Positions 20,638 through 30,621 are shown, counted from the stretch's first letter. The stretch is 64,000 nt of DNA from Kiritimatiellia bacterium (GCA_050949565.1 JBMNFY010000001.1:226033-290032), one strand, 5' to 3'. A program made the numbers and translations. The notes: a model not told the origin generated them from the letters alone.

Positions 20638-20823
20638 GTTTCCACTCCTTATCCCAGTCAAGCCGATTCAACGTCTTCCTGCAACGCCCGCCAACTATTA
20701 ACCCGTGCAACACCCGCTGCGCAACCTAGTCTGGCAAGTACTCTCTTGTGATCGATTAGTGTTACAGCATTTTCAGTTCGGCTTGTGAAGCGGGATGTGA
20801 AAAGTTCAAGTTTCGTTGAAGTG

Positions 20824-20890
20824 GCCCTTCAGGCCACGGAATGTTGGCATCATGACCCAGGGCTGCGCTTCGCTTGCCCTGGGCTAGGGT
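20824..20890. repeat. REP-like palindrome
   Basis: CCCAGGGC-TGCGCTTCGCTT-GCCCTGGG hairpin, with GCCCTTCAGGC upstream and GCCCCTTCGGGGC just downstream. Confidence 0.6.
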
Positions 20891-20962
20891 GAAGCCGCCC
20901 CTTCGGGGCTTTGGCACCGCATGCCCGGCGTCGCGCCCGCGAAACAGGGGCAGTGTACGCGA

Positions 20963-22123
20963 TTACAGCCCAGCCAATTCGTTCATGATTTCGATATACT
21001 TCGTATAACAGAACAGGCGGTTGCGTTTCTGGCCGGTCAGTTCCTCAACGATCCCCAACTGTCCCAGACGGTCGAGCGCGTTGTTGACCGTGGCCGGGGT
21101 GATGCCGGTCTTCTCGACCAGCGAGCCCGATGTGGCGATGGGATGCTCCATCAGCGCCCGGTGGATTCGCAGGGCCGAGGCCGCTGCTCGCCCCAAGCGA
21201 TTGATCTTGTCACGATCTTGATTCGACTGGTCAAGAAGCTTCTGGGCCGTTTCCACAGCTTGGGTGGCGGTGACGATAACCGCCTCGGCAAAGAAGTCGA
21301 GCCAGGCCTCCCAGTCGCCGGTCGTGCGGACATGGCTAAGGAGTTCATAGTAGCGCTGACGATGCGTCTTGAAATAGAGGCTCAGATAAAGTATCGGTGT
21401 CTGCAACACCCCCTGATCGCATAGCAACAGCACAATCAGTAGACGTCCCAAACGACCATTGCCATCCAAAAAGGGATGGATCGTCTCGAACTGCACATGC
21501 GCCAGCGCCGCCTTAAGCAACACCGGGGTCGGACCGGGCTGGTCGTGCAGAAAGAGTTCCAACCTACTCATGCACGCTGGCACCTCTTCGGGCGGAGGCG
21601 GAACGAAGACCGCGTTGCCCGGACGCGTGCCGCCGATCCAATTCTGGCTGCGACGGAACTCGCCCGGGGTCTGGTCGCTGCCCCGGCCCCCGGCCAACAG
21701 AACACCGTGGACCTCGCGGAACAAGCGCAGAGACAGCGGCAACCCCTCCTCCAGCAGACGCAAACCATGATTTAGGGCGGCGACATAATGACTGACCTCC
21801 CTCACGTCATCCAGCGGCACGCCCGGCTTTTGATCCAGTTCGAACAACAACAGATCTGCCAGCGACGACTGCGTCCCTTCGATCATGGACGAAAGCACCG
21901 CTTCCTGACGGACGTACATGTGGAGGAAGAGCGAGGTGTCCGGCAACAGGGTCGAAACACTGTCCAACCGCCCGAGCGCCAGCAACGCCTGATCGAATTT
22001 GCCGCGCAGTTCCGGTGTCCACTCGATAGGTGGACGCGGCGGCAACGGCGCTGGCACGAAGGCCTGAATCTTCTCGCCCGCCGTCGATATTGTCACGTAT
22101 CTGCCTTGGAGTCCTCGTCTCAT
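20963..22123 (-). CDS. Fic-family protein (class II-like) with C-terminal HTH
   Basis: Intact HPFLDGNGRLGR motif; N-terminal inhibitory motif SSMIEG; C-terminal winged-HTH-like segment. Confidence 0.93.
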   Translation of the reverse strand: MRRGLQGRYVTISTAGEKIQAFVPAPLPPRPPIEWTPELRGKFDQALLALGRLDSVSTLLPDTSLFLHMYVRQEAVLSSMIEGTQSSLADLLLFELDQKPGVPLDDVREVSHYVAALNHGLRLLEEGLPLSLRLFREVHGVLLAGGRGSDQTPGEFRRSQNWIGGTRPGNAVFVPPPPEEVPACMSRLELFLHDQPGPTPVLLKAALAHVQFETIHPFLDGNGRLGRLLIVLLLCDQGVLQTPILYLSLYFKTHRQRYYELLSHVRTTGDWEAWLDFFAEAVIVTATQAVETAQKLLDQSNQDRDKINRLGRAAASALRIHRALMEHPIATSGSLVEKTGITPATVNNALDRLGQLGIVEELTGQKRNRLFCYTKYIEIMNELAGL

Positions 22124-22140
22124 TCCGTCTGCTTCGAACC

Positions 22141-22189
22141 TAAAATAAGCTTTTTCTTATTTTACTTTAAACGCGCATCCTAAAATAAC
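22141..22189. promoter_or_regulatory. Operator-like palindrome upstream of fic
   Basis: TAAAATAAG-N6-CTTATTTTA at 22141-22164 plus a third half-site TAAAATAAC at 22181-22189. Confidence 0.5.
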
Positions 22190-22254
22190 GAGACTGAAAG
22201 GGAAAAGCAAGCGGGATTTCAAAAGGGCGCCAAAGGCGCGACAGGTAAATTGAA

Positions 22255-22676
22255 GTATTTTGAGATTTGGGATTTGCGCTGCCTCTCACAGAGGGCACAG
22301 AGTTTTTTTGGGGGGAAAAGCACAGTTGTTTCACGCGAAGGTGCGAAGACGCGAAGGTTGGAGGGCGAGTGTCCCCACGAGCCGCCTTCTGCTGTGCGGA
22401 AGGATGGTTTCAGGATCCATTGCTGAGCGCTGGGAGTCCCGGCGGCGTTTCACGCCGCCACACGGGCAAGATGCCCGTGCCACACAGTCCGGCGGCGCAT
22501 GCACCGCCCACTTGAGCGTTGACAGTCCGGCGGCTCGTGGGGACACCCGCCCTCCAGTGCTGCGGTCGGGGCTCCCGGCAGCGGTCACGCCGCATCCATC
22601 AAAACCTCTGCGCCTCCGCGTCTCTGCGTTAAACAAACCCGAGCAATGCCCCCCAAAAAAACGCTGTGCCCTCTGC
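22255..22676. repeat. Nested REP-like repeat mosaic
   Basis: Outer CACAGAGGGCACAGAG../..CTGTGCCCTCTG pair; GGAGGGCGAGTGTCCCCACGAGCCG near 22360 with its inverse near 22530-22555; inner CACGGGCAAGATGCCCGTGCCAC at 22461-22483. Confidence 0.8.
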
Positions 22677-22677
22677 G

Positions 22678-23628
22678 TTACCGTTCGCGCAGGCGGAACA
22701 CGAGAGTCAGGCGCGCGGTTGACTCCACAGGACGGCCGCCGCGCATGGCCGGAGTGAAACGCGCCTGGGCGGCGGCGCGCTCGGCGGCGCGGTCCAGCGC
22801 GGGGAAGCCGCTGGAAGTGACCAGCGTGACATCACTCGCGCGGCCGCTGGCGGCGACATTCACGTCCAGCACCACGGTGCCTTCCTCGCCGCGCTGCCGC
22901 GCGCCGAGCGGATAGACCGGACGGATCGCATGATCCAGCGAGGGTTGCGCATCGACACGTCCGGCGGCGCCGCCATCGCCGATCGCGCCGTCGCTAGCCA
23001 CAGAAGGCGGAGGTGGCGGCGTGGGTTCGGGTTCCGCTGCGGGCGGCTGCGGGGCGGGCGGCTGCGGGGCGGGTTGCGGCTTGGGCGGCGCAGGTGGTGG
23101 CTCGGGCGGAGGTGGCGGCGGTTCCGGCGGTGGCTCCGGTTGCGGCTCGGGCGGCGGCGGTTCGGGTTCGGGTAGGGGTGTTGGCTCGACTTTCGGCTCG
23201 ACTATCGGTTCAGGCTCCGGCTCGGGCTCGGGTTCGGGCTCGGGTTCGGGCATGGGCTCTGGTTCAGGTTCAGGCTCTGGCTCAGGCTCTGGCTCGGGTT
23301 CTGGTTCGGGCATGGGCTCTGGTTCAGGTTCAGGCTCTGGCTCAGGCTCTGGCTCGGGTTCTGGTTCGGGCATGGGCTCTGGTTCAGGCTCTGGCTCGGG
23401 TTCGGGGAGTGGCGGCACCTCTGGCTGGGCGGGCGCGGCGGGCGCTCCGGGTGTAGCCGCTTCGATCTCTGAGAGGGTCAGTTGGACTGAGGTGACCTGC
23501 AGTTCGGGCGCGGTGTCAGCGTATTCTTCGGCGCGCTGGATCGCGGCATGGCCCAGCAGTAGCATGCCCAGCAGGTGCAAGGCTACCGAGAGCGTGAAGC
23601 TGATGAGATGGTCATAAGAAAAGGTCAT
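22678..23628 (-). CDS. tonB: Energy transducer TonB
   Basis: N-terminal TM with SVALH, long EP/PP linker, and [14 protein letters not shown] TonB_C domain. Confidence 0.92.
   Translation of the reverse strand: MTFSYDHLISFTLSVALHLLGMLLLGHAAIQRAEEYADTAPELQVTSVQLTLSEIEAATPGAPAAPAQPEVPPLPEPEPEPEPEPMPEPEPEPEPEPEPEPEPEPMPEPEPEPEPEPEPEPEPEPMPEPEPEPEPEPEPEPIVEPKVEPTPLPEPEPPPPEPQPEPPPEPPPPPPEPPPAPPKPQPAPQPPAPQPPAAEPEPTPPPPPSVASDGAIGDGGAAGRVDAQPSLDHAIRPVYPLGARQRGEEGTVVLDVNVAASGRASDVTLVTSSGFPALDRAAERAAAQARFTPAMRGGRPVESTARLTLVFRLRER
23251..23388. repeat. Exact 60-bp tandem repeat (2 copies plus a partial) in the TonB proline linker
   Basis: 23251-23310 is identical to 23311-23370; a third copy begins at 23371. 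Confidence 0.9.
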
Positions 23629-24065
23629 TCGTCTGGAGGGGCGGCGCGGCCGGCGGTCGGCGTACGGGCTTCGCCGCTGACCTGAAACGTAACCTGTTCC
23701 ACGCCGCCATTCTTGAGTTTGCCGAGGAGCTCAATGCCGGTACCGAGTGTGGCGGCACGATCGGCGCTGATGAGCACCGGGACGGGGTTTTCGCGCCAGC
23801 GCGTGATCGTCGCGAGCACGAGGTCGTCGAACGACATCGGCTCTTTGTTCAGCGCCAACGTATCGTCGGCCGATAACGTGATGACGAGCTTCTCGCCCTT
23901 GAGCAGGGGACCGTCCGCTGACGGCAGGTCCACCTTGAGACCGCGGTGCACGGACATCGAGAAGACCGCGTAGACAAAGACCACGAGAATCAGGAACATG
24001 ATATCCATCAGGGAAATCATCTCCATGCGGGCCTTGCGGTCCTCATACCCTGATTTCAGTCGCAT
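23625..24065 (-). CDS. exbD: Biopolymer transport protein ExbD
   Basis: [17 protein letters not shown] with conserved Asp, VDLPSA and LISAD motifs; RBS AAGGAG. Confidence 0.9.
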   Translation of the reverse strand: MRLKSGYEDRKARMEMISLMDIMFLILVVFVYAVFSMSVHRGLKVDLPSADGPLLKGEKLVITLSADDTLALNKEPMSFDDLVLATITRWRENPVPVLISADRAATLGTGIELLGKLKNGGVEQVTFQVSGEARTPTAGRAAPPDE

Positions 24066-24101
24066 GGTGTTCTCCTTGGGGCGCACGGCCCGGTGTCGCG
24101 G

Positions 24102-24818
24102 TCATTGCGGCGTCGCGTCGGATTTCGCGAGCCCGGTGTTGTAGGCCAGTTCAAAGCGGTGTGTCACCTGTTCGAGTTCCGTCGTGCGGCGCTTGATCTG
24201 CGACACAAAGAAGTTGAACGGGAAGAGGCAACAGATCGCCACCACCAAGCCTGCGGCGGTGGTGATGAGCGCCTCGGCGATACCGGCCGTGGCGCCGGTA
24301 GGGTTCTCTACGCCGGTGGCACTCAGCACGTTGAAGGTGTTGATGATGCCGGTGACTGTGCCGAGGATGCCGAGCATCGGGGCTACGGTAATGGCGGTGT
24401 CAAGCACGGAGAAGCCACGGCGCAGGCGATCCAGTTCAAGTTGCGAGGCGGCCACAAGCGTCTCTTGGAAACCGGCTTCACGGTTTTCCAGCGCACTACC
24501 GAAGATACGGCAGATCGGCGAATCGGCCGCGCGTGCGACTGCGAGTGCCTCGTCGAAACGGCCGTCGCGTGTCAGGTCGAGAATCTCCTTTTGGCGGTTG
24601 CGGAAATAGAAGTTAGCGGCGTTGTATTTCCAGAAGGCGAAGAAGCGTTCGATGGCCACGGCTAGGGCGATGAGCGAGCAAATCAGGATCGGCCACATCA
24701 CCGGGCCGCCACGGTCAAACATGACGAGGGCGGCGTCGAAGAGGCCTTGGGCGGCCTCGGGAGCATTCTGTGCGAGAAAAACCGAACCATGAAACACATG
24801 AAACTTCATAAAAACCAT
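24102..24818 (-). CDS. exbB: MotA/TolQ/ExbB proton channel protein
   Basis: GGPVMWPI, APMLGILGTVTGII and GIAEALITTAAGL motifs; start uncertain (24818 has an SD). Confidence 0.9.
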   Translation of the reverse strand: MVFMKFHVFHGSVFLAQNAPEAAQGLFDAALVMFDRGGPVMWPILICSLIALAVAIERFFAFWKYNAANFYFRNRQKEILDLTRDGRFDEALAVARAADSPICRIFGSALENREAGFQETLVAASQLELDRLRRGFSVLDTAITVAPMLGILGTVTGIINTFNVLSATGVENPTGATAGIAEALITTAAGLVVAICCLFPFNFFVSQIKRRTTELEQVTHRFELAYNTGLAKSDATPQ

Positions 24819-24989
24819 GCCTTCCTTTTCGTGTATTCCGTGTATTTCGTGGTAAAAAACCCGAGCACTGCCTTCCAAAAAACCTTAGTGCCCTTTGTGC
24901 CTTCGTGTGAGGAAACAATCTGTTTTTTTATCGCGCCTGTTGAGCCGTAAGGTACTAACCCGTATAAACGCGAAGCGCGCGCCGACGGT

Positions 24990-25970
24990 TCACATGACCT
25001 TCATTTTCGGCAGATCCTGAATATCCACGTAGCCCACCAACAGGCCATTGGCATCGACCACGGGCAGGTCATCAATCTTATACTTTTCAAAAACGCGCAG
25101 CACATCCACGGCGTAGGCGTCGTCCGTCACCGAGATCGGCCGTTTCGTCATCACGGCTTCGATGGGACGGTGCAGGATCTCCTGTCCTTCAGAGAGCAGG
25201 CGTCGTAGGTCGCCGTCCGTGAAGATGCCAGCCAGCCGCCCGTCGGCGTGGGCGACCAGCGCGGCACCGCTCTTGGCAGTGGTCATGGCCATGATGCCGT
25301 CCATGACCGTGGCGGAAAGCGCCACGCGAGCCATGTGCTCGCCAGTGCGCATGATGTCGCACACGCGCAACACCAGTGCGCGGCCGATCGCACCGGCGGG
25401 GTGCAGGCGGGCGTAGCGCTCCTTATTGAAGTGGCGGGCTTCAATCAGAACCATGGCGAGCGCGTCGCCCACCGCCAGCGTGGCGGTCGTGCTGGTGGTC
25501 GGTGCCATGCCGAAGGGGCAGGCTTCTTGTCCGATACAGACGTGGAGCACGACATCGCTCAGGTGGGCGAGGGTGCTGTCGGGGTTGCCCACCATGCCGA
25601 TCACGCGGATGCCGAGGCGGCGCACAGCCGGGATCAGCTTGATGACTTCATCGGACTCGCCCGAAAAACTGAGGGCCAGCAGGACGTCCTGCTCAGCGAT
25701 CATGCCAAGGTCGCCGTGCATCGCCTGGATCGGGTTCATGACCACGCTGGTCGATCCGGTGCTGGCCAGCGTGGCGGAGAGTTTCTCCGCGATGTGCAGG
25801 TTTTTGCCGACGCCGGTCACGACGATCTTGCCGCCGTTTCCGAGGGTTTCGAGAATCAGGTTCACTGTGGCGACAAAGCCTTCGCCCAGCGCGGCCTGTG
25901 CGCGGCGCAGCCCTTCGATCTCGACATCAAGGACTTGCCGGGCGCGTGACAGGATTGCAGTGTTGTCCAT
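24990..25970 (-). CDS. kdsD: Arabinose-5-phosphate isomerase KdsD/GutQ (SIS domain plus two CBS)
   Basis: VTGVGK, TLASTG, HGDLG, APTTST, HPAGAIG and GIFTDGDLRR motifs. Confidence 0.92.
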   Translation of the reverse strand: MDNTAILSRARQVLDVEIEGLRRAQAALGEGFVATVNLILETLGNGGKIVVTGVGKNLHIAEKLSATLASTGSTSVVMNPIQAMHGDLGMIAEQDVLLALSFSGESDEVIKLIPAVRRLGIRVIGMVGNPDSTLAHLSDVVLHVCIGQEACPFGMAPTTSTTATLAVGDALAMVLIEARHFNKERYARLHPAGAIGRALVLRVCDIMRTGEHMARVALSATVMDGIMAMTTAKSGAALVAHADGRLAGIFTDGDLRRLLSEGQEILHRPIEAVMTKRPISVTDDAYAVDVLRVFEKYKIDDLPVVDANGLLVGYVDIQDLPKMKVM

Positions 25971-26078
25971 AAATCAACTGTAGGTTTTTCGGTTCTGGCG
26001 GCACCGTTCGACGTGAGTCTCCGCCTATGAGTGTTGTGTCCAGTGTAGCGTATAAAGGCGGGTTCGCAACAGGTCTTT

Positions 26079-26690
26079 TCAGACATCGATGCCCAGCATG
26101 ACGAGCGGAACTGATGGGACACCGCGACCCTGCCTGACGATATTGTAAAACTCGCCTTCGTAGTAAGCCACACCAGAACTCATATGTTTTTGGAGTGACT
26201 TCATAGGTAAAATTTCGATGCCGACGTCAATTTGATCGCGGACAAAGAAGGCAAGGTGCTTGACAAAAAGATCATATGCCACAAACGAATATTTGCCGAA
26301 TTGTACCTCAACGGCCACACGATCCTTCACGAAATCGGTCTGATTGTAGCTGAGTATTGGCTCCTCGCCCGCCTCTTCAATTTCCTTCTTCTGCTCTTTG
26401 GCCGACATGGTAAGTGTCTTCCGAATTAGCTTCTCGCTTCGTGTCACCCAATAACTGATTCTGCTCTCCTTCCAGCCCTTGGCTGACAGGAAATGCTTGA
26501 ACTCCTTGTTCATGCCAATCGGACTGAACAGCAACTCCCCTCTCATTCTTTTCTCTTTCGACACCTTGGTCCTACACTTTTCAGCGTCAACCGTCGCAAC
26601 GACATCTTGTATCTCCCTCCACAGTGCCGGTTTGTGAACGAGTAGAAACTCAAGCCCATTGAGATGGGAATAGGTTTCGACAATTCTCAT
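26079..26690 (-). CDS. BglII/BstYI-family type II restriction endonuclease
   Basis: YSHLNG start, NQTDFVKDRVAVEVQFGKY catalytic motif with Q in the third position, and GIEILP; overlaps the MTase stop. Confidence 0.88.
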   Translation of the reverse strand: MRIVETYSHLNGLEFLLVHKPALWREIQDVVATVDAEKCRTKVSKEKRMRGELLFSPIGMNKEFKHFLSAKGWKESRISYWVTRSEKLIRKTLTMSAKEQKKEIEEAGEEPILSYNQTDFVKDRVAVEVQFGKYSFVAYDLFVKHLAFFVRDQIDVGIEILPMKSLQKHMSSGVAYYEGEFYNIVRQGRGVPSVPLVMLGIDV

Positions 26691-27655
26691 TTGGCGGCGT
26701 ACCTTTCTCGTTTGCTCTTCTTCTCCAAGAGCATCATCTGAGTAACATCGACGGGCTTTTTAGGCTTTTCCCATGGCGCGATGGTGAGGCTATTTCCGGC
26801 TTTGACCGGATCATAAACTGCTTTGTGCATCGGACGCGTTCTGAGGGTACCAGCGAGTTCCGCCTTGATCCTTTCCTTAGCGAGGCTCACATATTTCGGG
26901 ACCACCTCAGCTCCGGCTCCCCGACGTCCGTGACGTACAGCCGCGATAACTGTTGTTCCTGATCCGAGAAACGGATCAAAGACCCAATCTTCCGGCTTCG
27001 TCATCGAAAGAACCAAACGTTCGATCAGTTCAACGGGAAACTGACATGGATGTTCGGTCTTTTCCACATGGTTGCTCTTTACGTTGGGAATAATCCAAAG
27101 ATCACCGGGGTTTTTCCCCAACGGGTTACAGGAGTATTCCCCCGCCTTTGGACCTTTGAAGTATTTTTTTCCAGGGTACTTTTGAGGAACCCGCACAGGG
27201 TCCAGATCGAAAAAATATCTTTCCGACTTAGTAAACCACATGATGGTTTCGTACCGACCAGAAAAACGTTTGGAACAATGCAACCCGTGCTCGAAATGCC
27301 AAATTATCCGATTGCGCATCCGCAGGCCAAGTTTCGTGAAAACTGGATAGAGCATGGTGTCCAGGGGGATGATGGCACCCCTATCGACATAATTTCCCAC
27401 CTGCCAGCAGATACTACCGCGCGGGGAGAGACACCGAACACACTCCTGGATGACTTCGGCTTGCTGATCAATGTATTTGTCGAGTTTGAGCCGCTTTTCG
27501 TACTCTTTGCCGATGTTGTAGGGCGGTGACGTGACAATCAGACCAAAAATCCCGTCCGGGCAACTACGCAATAGGTCAAGGCAGTCGCCAAGGAACACGA
27601 CGGCTCGTTCGTTCGGGTCAAAGTTATCAACTACGTTCTGCGTTCTCTCAAACAT
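26687..27655 (-). CDS. Beta-class N4-cytosine DNA methyltransferase, cognate of the BglII-like REase
   Basis: TSPPYN, HPCQFP and VFDPFLGSGTT motifs. Confidence 0.92.
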   Translation of the reverse strand: MFERTQNVVDNFDPNERAVVFLGDCLDLLRSCPDGIFGLIVTSPPYNIGKEYEKRLKLDKYIDQQAEVIQECVRCLSPRGSICWQVGNYVDRGAIIPLDTMLYPVFTKLGLRMRNRIIWHFEHGLHCSKRFSGRYETIMWFTKSERYFFDLDPVRVPQKYPGKKYFKGPKAGEYSCNPLGKNPGDLWIIPNVKSNHVEKTEHPCQFPVELIERLVLSMTKPEDWVFDPFLGSGTTVIAAVRHGRRGAGAEVVPKYVSLAKERIKAELAGTLRTRPMHKAVYDPVKAGNSLTIAPWEKPKKPVDVTQMMLLEKKSKRERYAAK

Positions 27656-27661
27656 GGGGAT

Positions 27662-27690
27662 AGGATACCGGATCGGCGATGGCGGGTCAA
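27662..27690 (-). promoter_or_regulatory. Promoter of R-M operon 2, probably leaderless
   Basis: TTGACC-17 nt-TATCCT, then 6 nt, then ATG 27655; no SD. Confidence 0.6.
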
Positions 27691-27975
27691 TTCGCCAAAC
27701 GATGTATCAGACAACTAAAGGACAGGTATTTAGTGCTCAAAAACCCTGCCTTAGTAATCGGTTAGTGACGGGGGGCAGCGAGCCGAGCGCGTGGTTTGTA
27801 CCCATTTCGGCACTCATAAGGCAGACGAAAAAATCTGCGGCGGCAAGCGGTATTCCGCGCGACGCCGCTTTTTGCGCAGGGATGCGGTGGTTGGGTGGTG
27901 CGCAAAAGCGATGCCGCGAGGCACACTCGTCCAAAACACTCGTCGAAACACTTCGTCGCTGGTGCAATCGACTAA

Positions 27976-28916
27976 GGGCTTATCCGCAAATAATTGTTTC
28001 ATTTCCCAGCGTTTCCTGATAAAATTCCCGCCAACCAACCACATCAGGAGGACAATCAGATGGCGAGAATACGCACTTGGGAGATTAGTGACGAGTTTTG
28101 GGCTCTGGTCGAGCCACTGCTGCCGGAGACGCGCAGAGATCCATCCCGTACGTACAAGCGGAAGCCCGGCGGCGGCAGGAAGACGGTCTATAGCGACCGG
28201 CTTTACTTCGAGGCGATTGTCTACGTTCTTCGCAACGGGCTCATCTGGAACGCGCTTCCCCGTGAAAAGTTCGGGGGATTGGGCAGTTCGGCAGTGCACA
28301 AGCGCTTTCAGGAGTGGGCCAGGGCGGGATTTTTCTTGGCGATCTGGCGCAAGGGGCTTGCCGAATACGATGAGCTTGAAGGTATCGCCTGGGAGTGGCA
28401 ATCTGCCGACAGCACTAACAATAAAGCGCCGCTGGCACGCGAATCCGTAGGGCCTAACCCAACGGACAAGGGGAAAAAAAGGTGCCAAGCGCCACGTTCT
28501 CGCCGACGGGCGTGGCGTCCCGCTGTCGATCGCCGTAACCGGAGCCAACGTGCATGACAGCAAGGAAATTGACGCGCTTCTCGCCGCCAAGGTTGTGCGG
28601 CAGCCCGAGTCTGGCGGCGAAGGCGTGATCGAAAACCTCTGTCTTGATGCAGCATATACAGGCAAAGGCGATATCGTGGCCGCGTGGGGATATATTCCAC
28701 ACATTAGCCCGCGAAACAAAGAGGCTGCAGAAATCAAACGCAATCCAGAGTTCAAGGCGCGAAGATGGGTCGTAGAGGCAAACCATTCATGGACGAACCG
28801 CTTTCGGAAGATCGATAAGCGGTACGAGAAGACCGACCTTTCATGTTACGCGCTCCTACATCTGGCTGCGGGCATGATTACCCTCAACAAGGTGATGGTT
28901 ATTTACGGATAAGTCC
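27976..28916 (+). mobile_element. IS5-family insertion sequence, 941 bp
   Basis: IRs GGGCTTATCCGCAAATAA / TTATTTACGGATAAGTCC (16/18 match), flanked by TAA on both sides. Confidence 0.9.
28060..28912 (+). CDS. IS5-family DDE transposase split over two frames
   Basis: ISDEFWALVEPLLP, WNALP and GPNPTDKGKK, then a +1 shift at GGGAAAAAAA (28471-28480) into GAKRHVLADGRGVP..HDS, CLDAAY, RWVVEANHSW, RYEK. Confidence 0.9.
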
Positions 28917-29282
28917 TAAGAGTGGAGACTACGAGTGTAAAGACTAAGAGTGGGGACAAAGTGTGTCTCCGCGCACAGCGCGGAAGGAAAGCGGTGCCGC
29001 GACCCGCGCACAGCGCGGCTCTTGTCACCGCATTCCAAATTTTTCCGCCGCGCCATGCGCGGCACAACCTTCATGCGCCCGCGCAGCGCGAAATCATGGT
29101 CAATCATGTCCCAAAAACGCAACCCAACTCCCACCCAGAAACGCATTGTCTTCGCACACCCCTGTCACTAACCGATTACGATTACTCTGTCGATTACTCT
29201 TGCCCGAGCGGTGCCGAAAAGACTAGAATGGAATCAATGGAGTTTAACCTGTGGCTAATCAGGCGACTGAAAGGAGGCGGAC

Positions 29283-29669
29283 ATGAGAAGTTTTGGTATC
29301 CAGACAAGCGCTCGCAGTCAGTGCATTAACATCACCGATCGAGTCCAGGAGGCGGTTCAGGCCCTAGGCATCACCGATGGTGTCATAACGGTCTTCACGC
29401 CTCACACGACCTGCGCGGTGACCATCAACGAGAACGCGGACCCTCATGTGATGGGCGACATCCTGATGCAGCTTGAGGCTCTCGCGCCTTGGGAGAATGC
29501 AGCCTACAAGCACGACGGCGGAAATACCGCCGCGCATATGAAAGCCTCGCTGGTCGGCTCTTCCGTACAGGTCATCGTTGTGAGCGGCAGCTTGCAACTC
29601 GGCATGTGGCAGGGCATTTTCCTCTGCGAGTTCGACGGCCCCCGCATCCGGCACGTATGGGTGCAGTGA
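29283..29669 (+). CDS. yjbQ: UPF0047/YjbQ family protein
   Basis: PHTTCAVTINENADP, AAHMKASL and LGMWQGIFLCEFDGPR motifs; RBS GGAGG. Confidence 0.9.
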   Translation: MRSFGIQTSARSQCINITDRVQEAVQALGITDGVITVFTPHTTCAVTINENADPHVMGDILMQLEALAPWENAAYKHDGGNTAAHMKASLVGSSVQVIVVSGSLQLGMWQGIFLCEFDGPRIRHVWVQ

Positions 29670-29676
29670 CGCGCAG

Positions 29677-30621
29677 TCACGGCCCGAAGGCGATGCCGAG
29701 TGATGAGCCGGTGGCGACGATGTGCTTCGCCGCCGCGGCGTACTCCTCGGCGCCTTTCAGGTGTTCGATCATCAGCGGCGGCGGTTCCGGCAGGGCTGCG
29801 AGCCGCCGCAGGAAGGTGGCGTAATCAAGCACGCCGGTTCCGGGGCGTACCTCCCGGAAGTGGACGTTCATCTCGATCTCCCACGCCAGATCCTTGGCGT
29901 GGCAGCTTACGATCCACGGCCCCAGCAGGTCAAAGCAGGCATTGAGCAGGTCGGTGTTGCGGTAGATCTTCTCCGGCGAGTTGATGAGGTTGCAGGGGTC
30001 CAGATGAACCGCGAAACCGGGGCGGTCGACCGCTTTGAGCAGCGCGAGGTAGCGTTCCGGTGTTTCGGGCATGCACCATCCCATCATCTCGTATGCGAAC
30101 TTCGCGCGTTTCGGTTTGACCGTGTCGATGATCGCCCGGGCGTTTTCGACAGCGGCATCGAAAAAGGCGGGGGTGAAATTATCGGGGTGCGGTCCGTACC
30201 ATACATCTGGGTTGAAGGAGCCCGCGATATCAACGCAGCACCGTGCGCCAATCTCGTCGGCCAGCGCCAGTCCCTCCGTGACGGTGGCGAGGTTCTTTTT
30301 CCGTTTCACTGGATCGGGATCGGTCAGATTGCACCAGCGTCCGACTTCGGCGATGACGACATCCGCCTCGCGAAAGGCGGTTTCGGTCGCGCGGATACGA
30401 GCCGTGTCCGTCAGGGGAACCTTGGGACAATAGGCGGCACCGTACCCTTGATCGCGGTGCCAGCGGGCCAGTTCCACCGGGTCGTCCGTTTTGATGAAAG
30501 CTGGCGCGCCCAGCCGCAACATCCGGGGGCGGGTGTCCGCCCTCACACCGGTGGCCAAAGCCAGCCCGGCGGCTCCTGAATGTTGGATGAAATGTCGCCG
30601 CGTCACGAAGCAGGTTTTCAT
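29677..30621 (-). CDS. Tat-exported sugar-phosphate isomerase/epimerase (xylose-isomerase-like barrel)
   Basis: TRRHFI Tat motif; YEMM, HLDPCN, CHAKD and MIEH metal ligands. Confidence 0.85.
   Translation of the reverse strand: MKTCFVTRRHFIQHSGAAGLALATGVRADTRPRMLRLGAPAFIKTDDPVELARWHRDQGYGAAYCPKVPLTDTARIRATETAFREADVVIAEVGRWCNLTDPDPVKRKKNLATVTEGLALADEIGARCCVDIAGSFNPDVWYGPHPDNFTPAFFDAAVENARAIIDTVKPKRAKFAYEMMGWCMPETPERYLALLKAVDRPGFAVHLDPCNLINSPEKIYRNTDLLNACFDLLGPWIVSCHAKDLAWEIEMNVHFREVRPGTGVLDYATFLRRLAALPEPPPLMIEHLKGAEEYAAAAKHIVATGSSLGIAFGP

Larger units (their letters stand above)
27754..29179. mobile_element. MITE-like element with 16-bp perfect inverted ends, carrying REP-like motifs and an inserted IS5
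   Basis: GTAATCGGTTAGTGAC at 27754-27769 and GTCACTAACCGATTAC at 29164-29179; no target duplication seen. Confidence 0.55.

Noticed and set aside
23021-23617. Gly-Ser-rich ORF on the plus strand
   Set aside because: Antisense shadow of the TonB EP linker
27814-28755. 313-aa minus-strand ORF
   Set aside because: Antisense to the IS5 transposase and extends past the IS end
14491-29669. Integron cassette array
   Set aside because: No integrase or attC-type GTTRRRY/RYYYAAC pairs recognised, and core genes are interspersed
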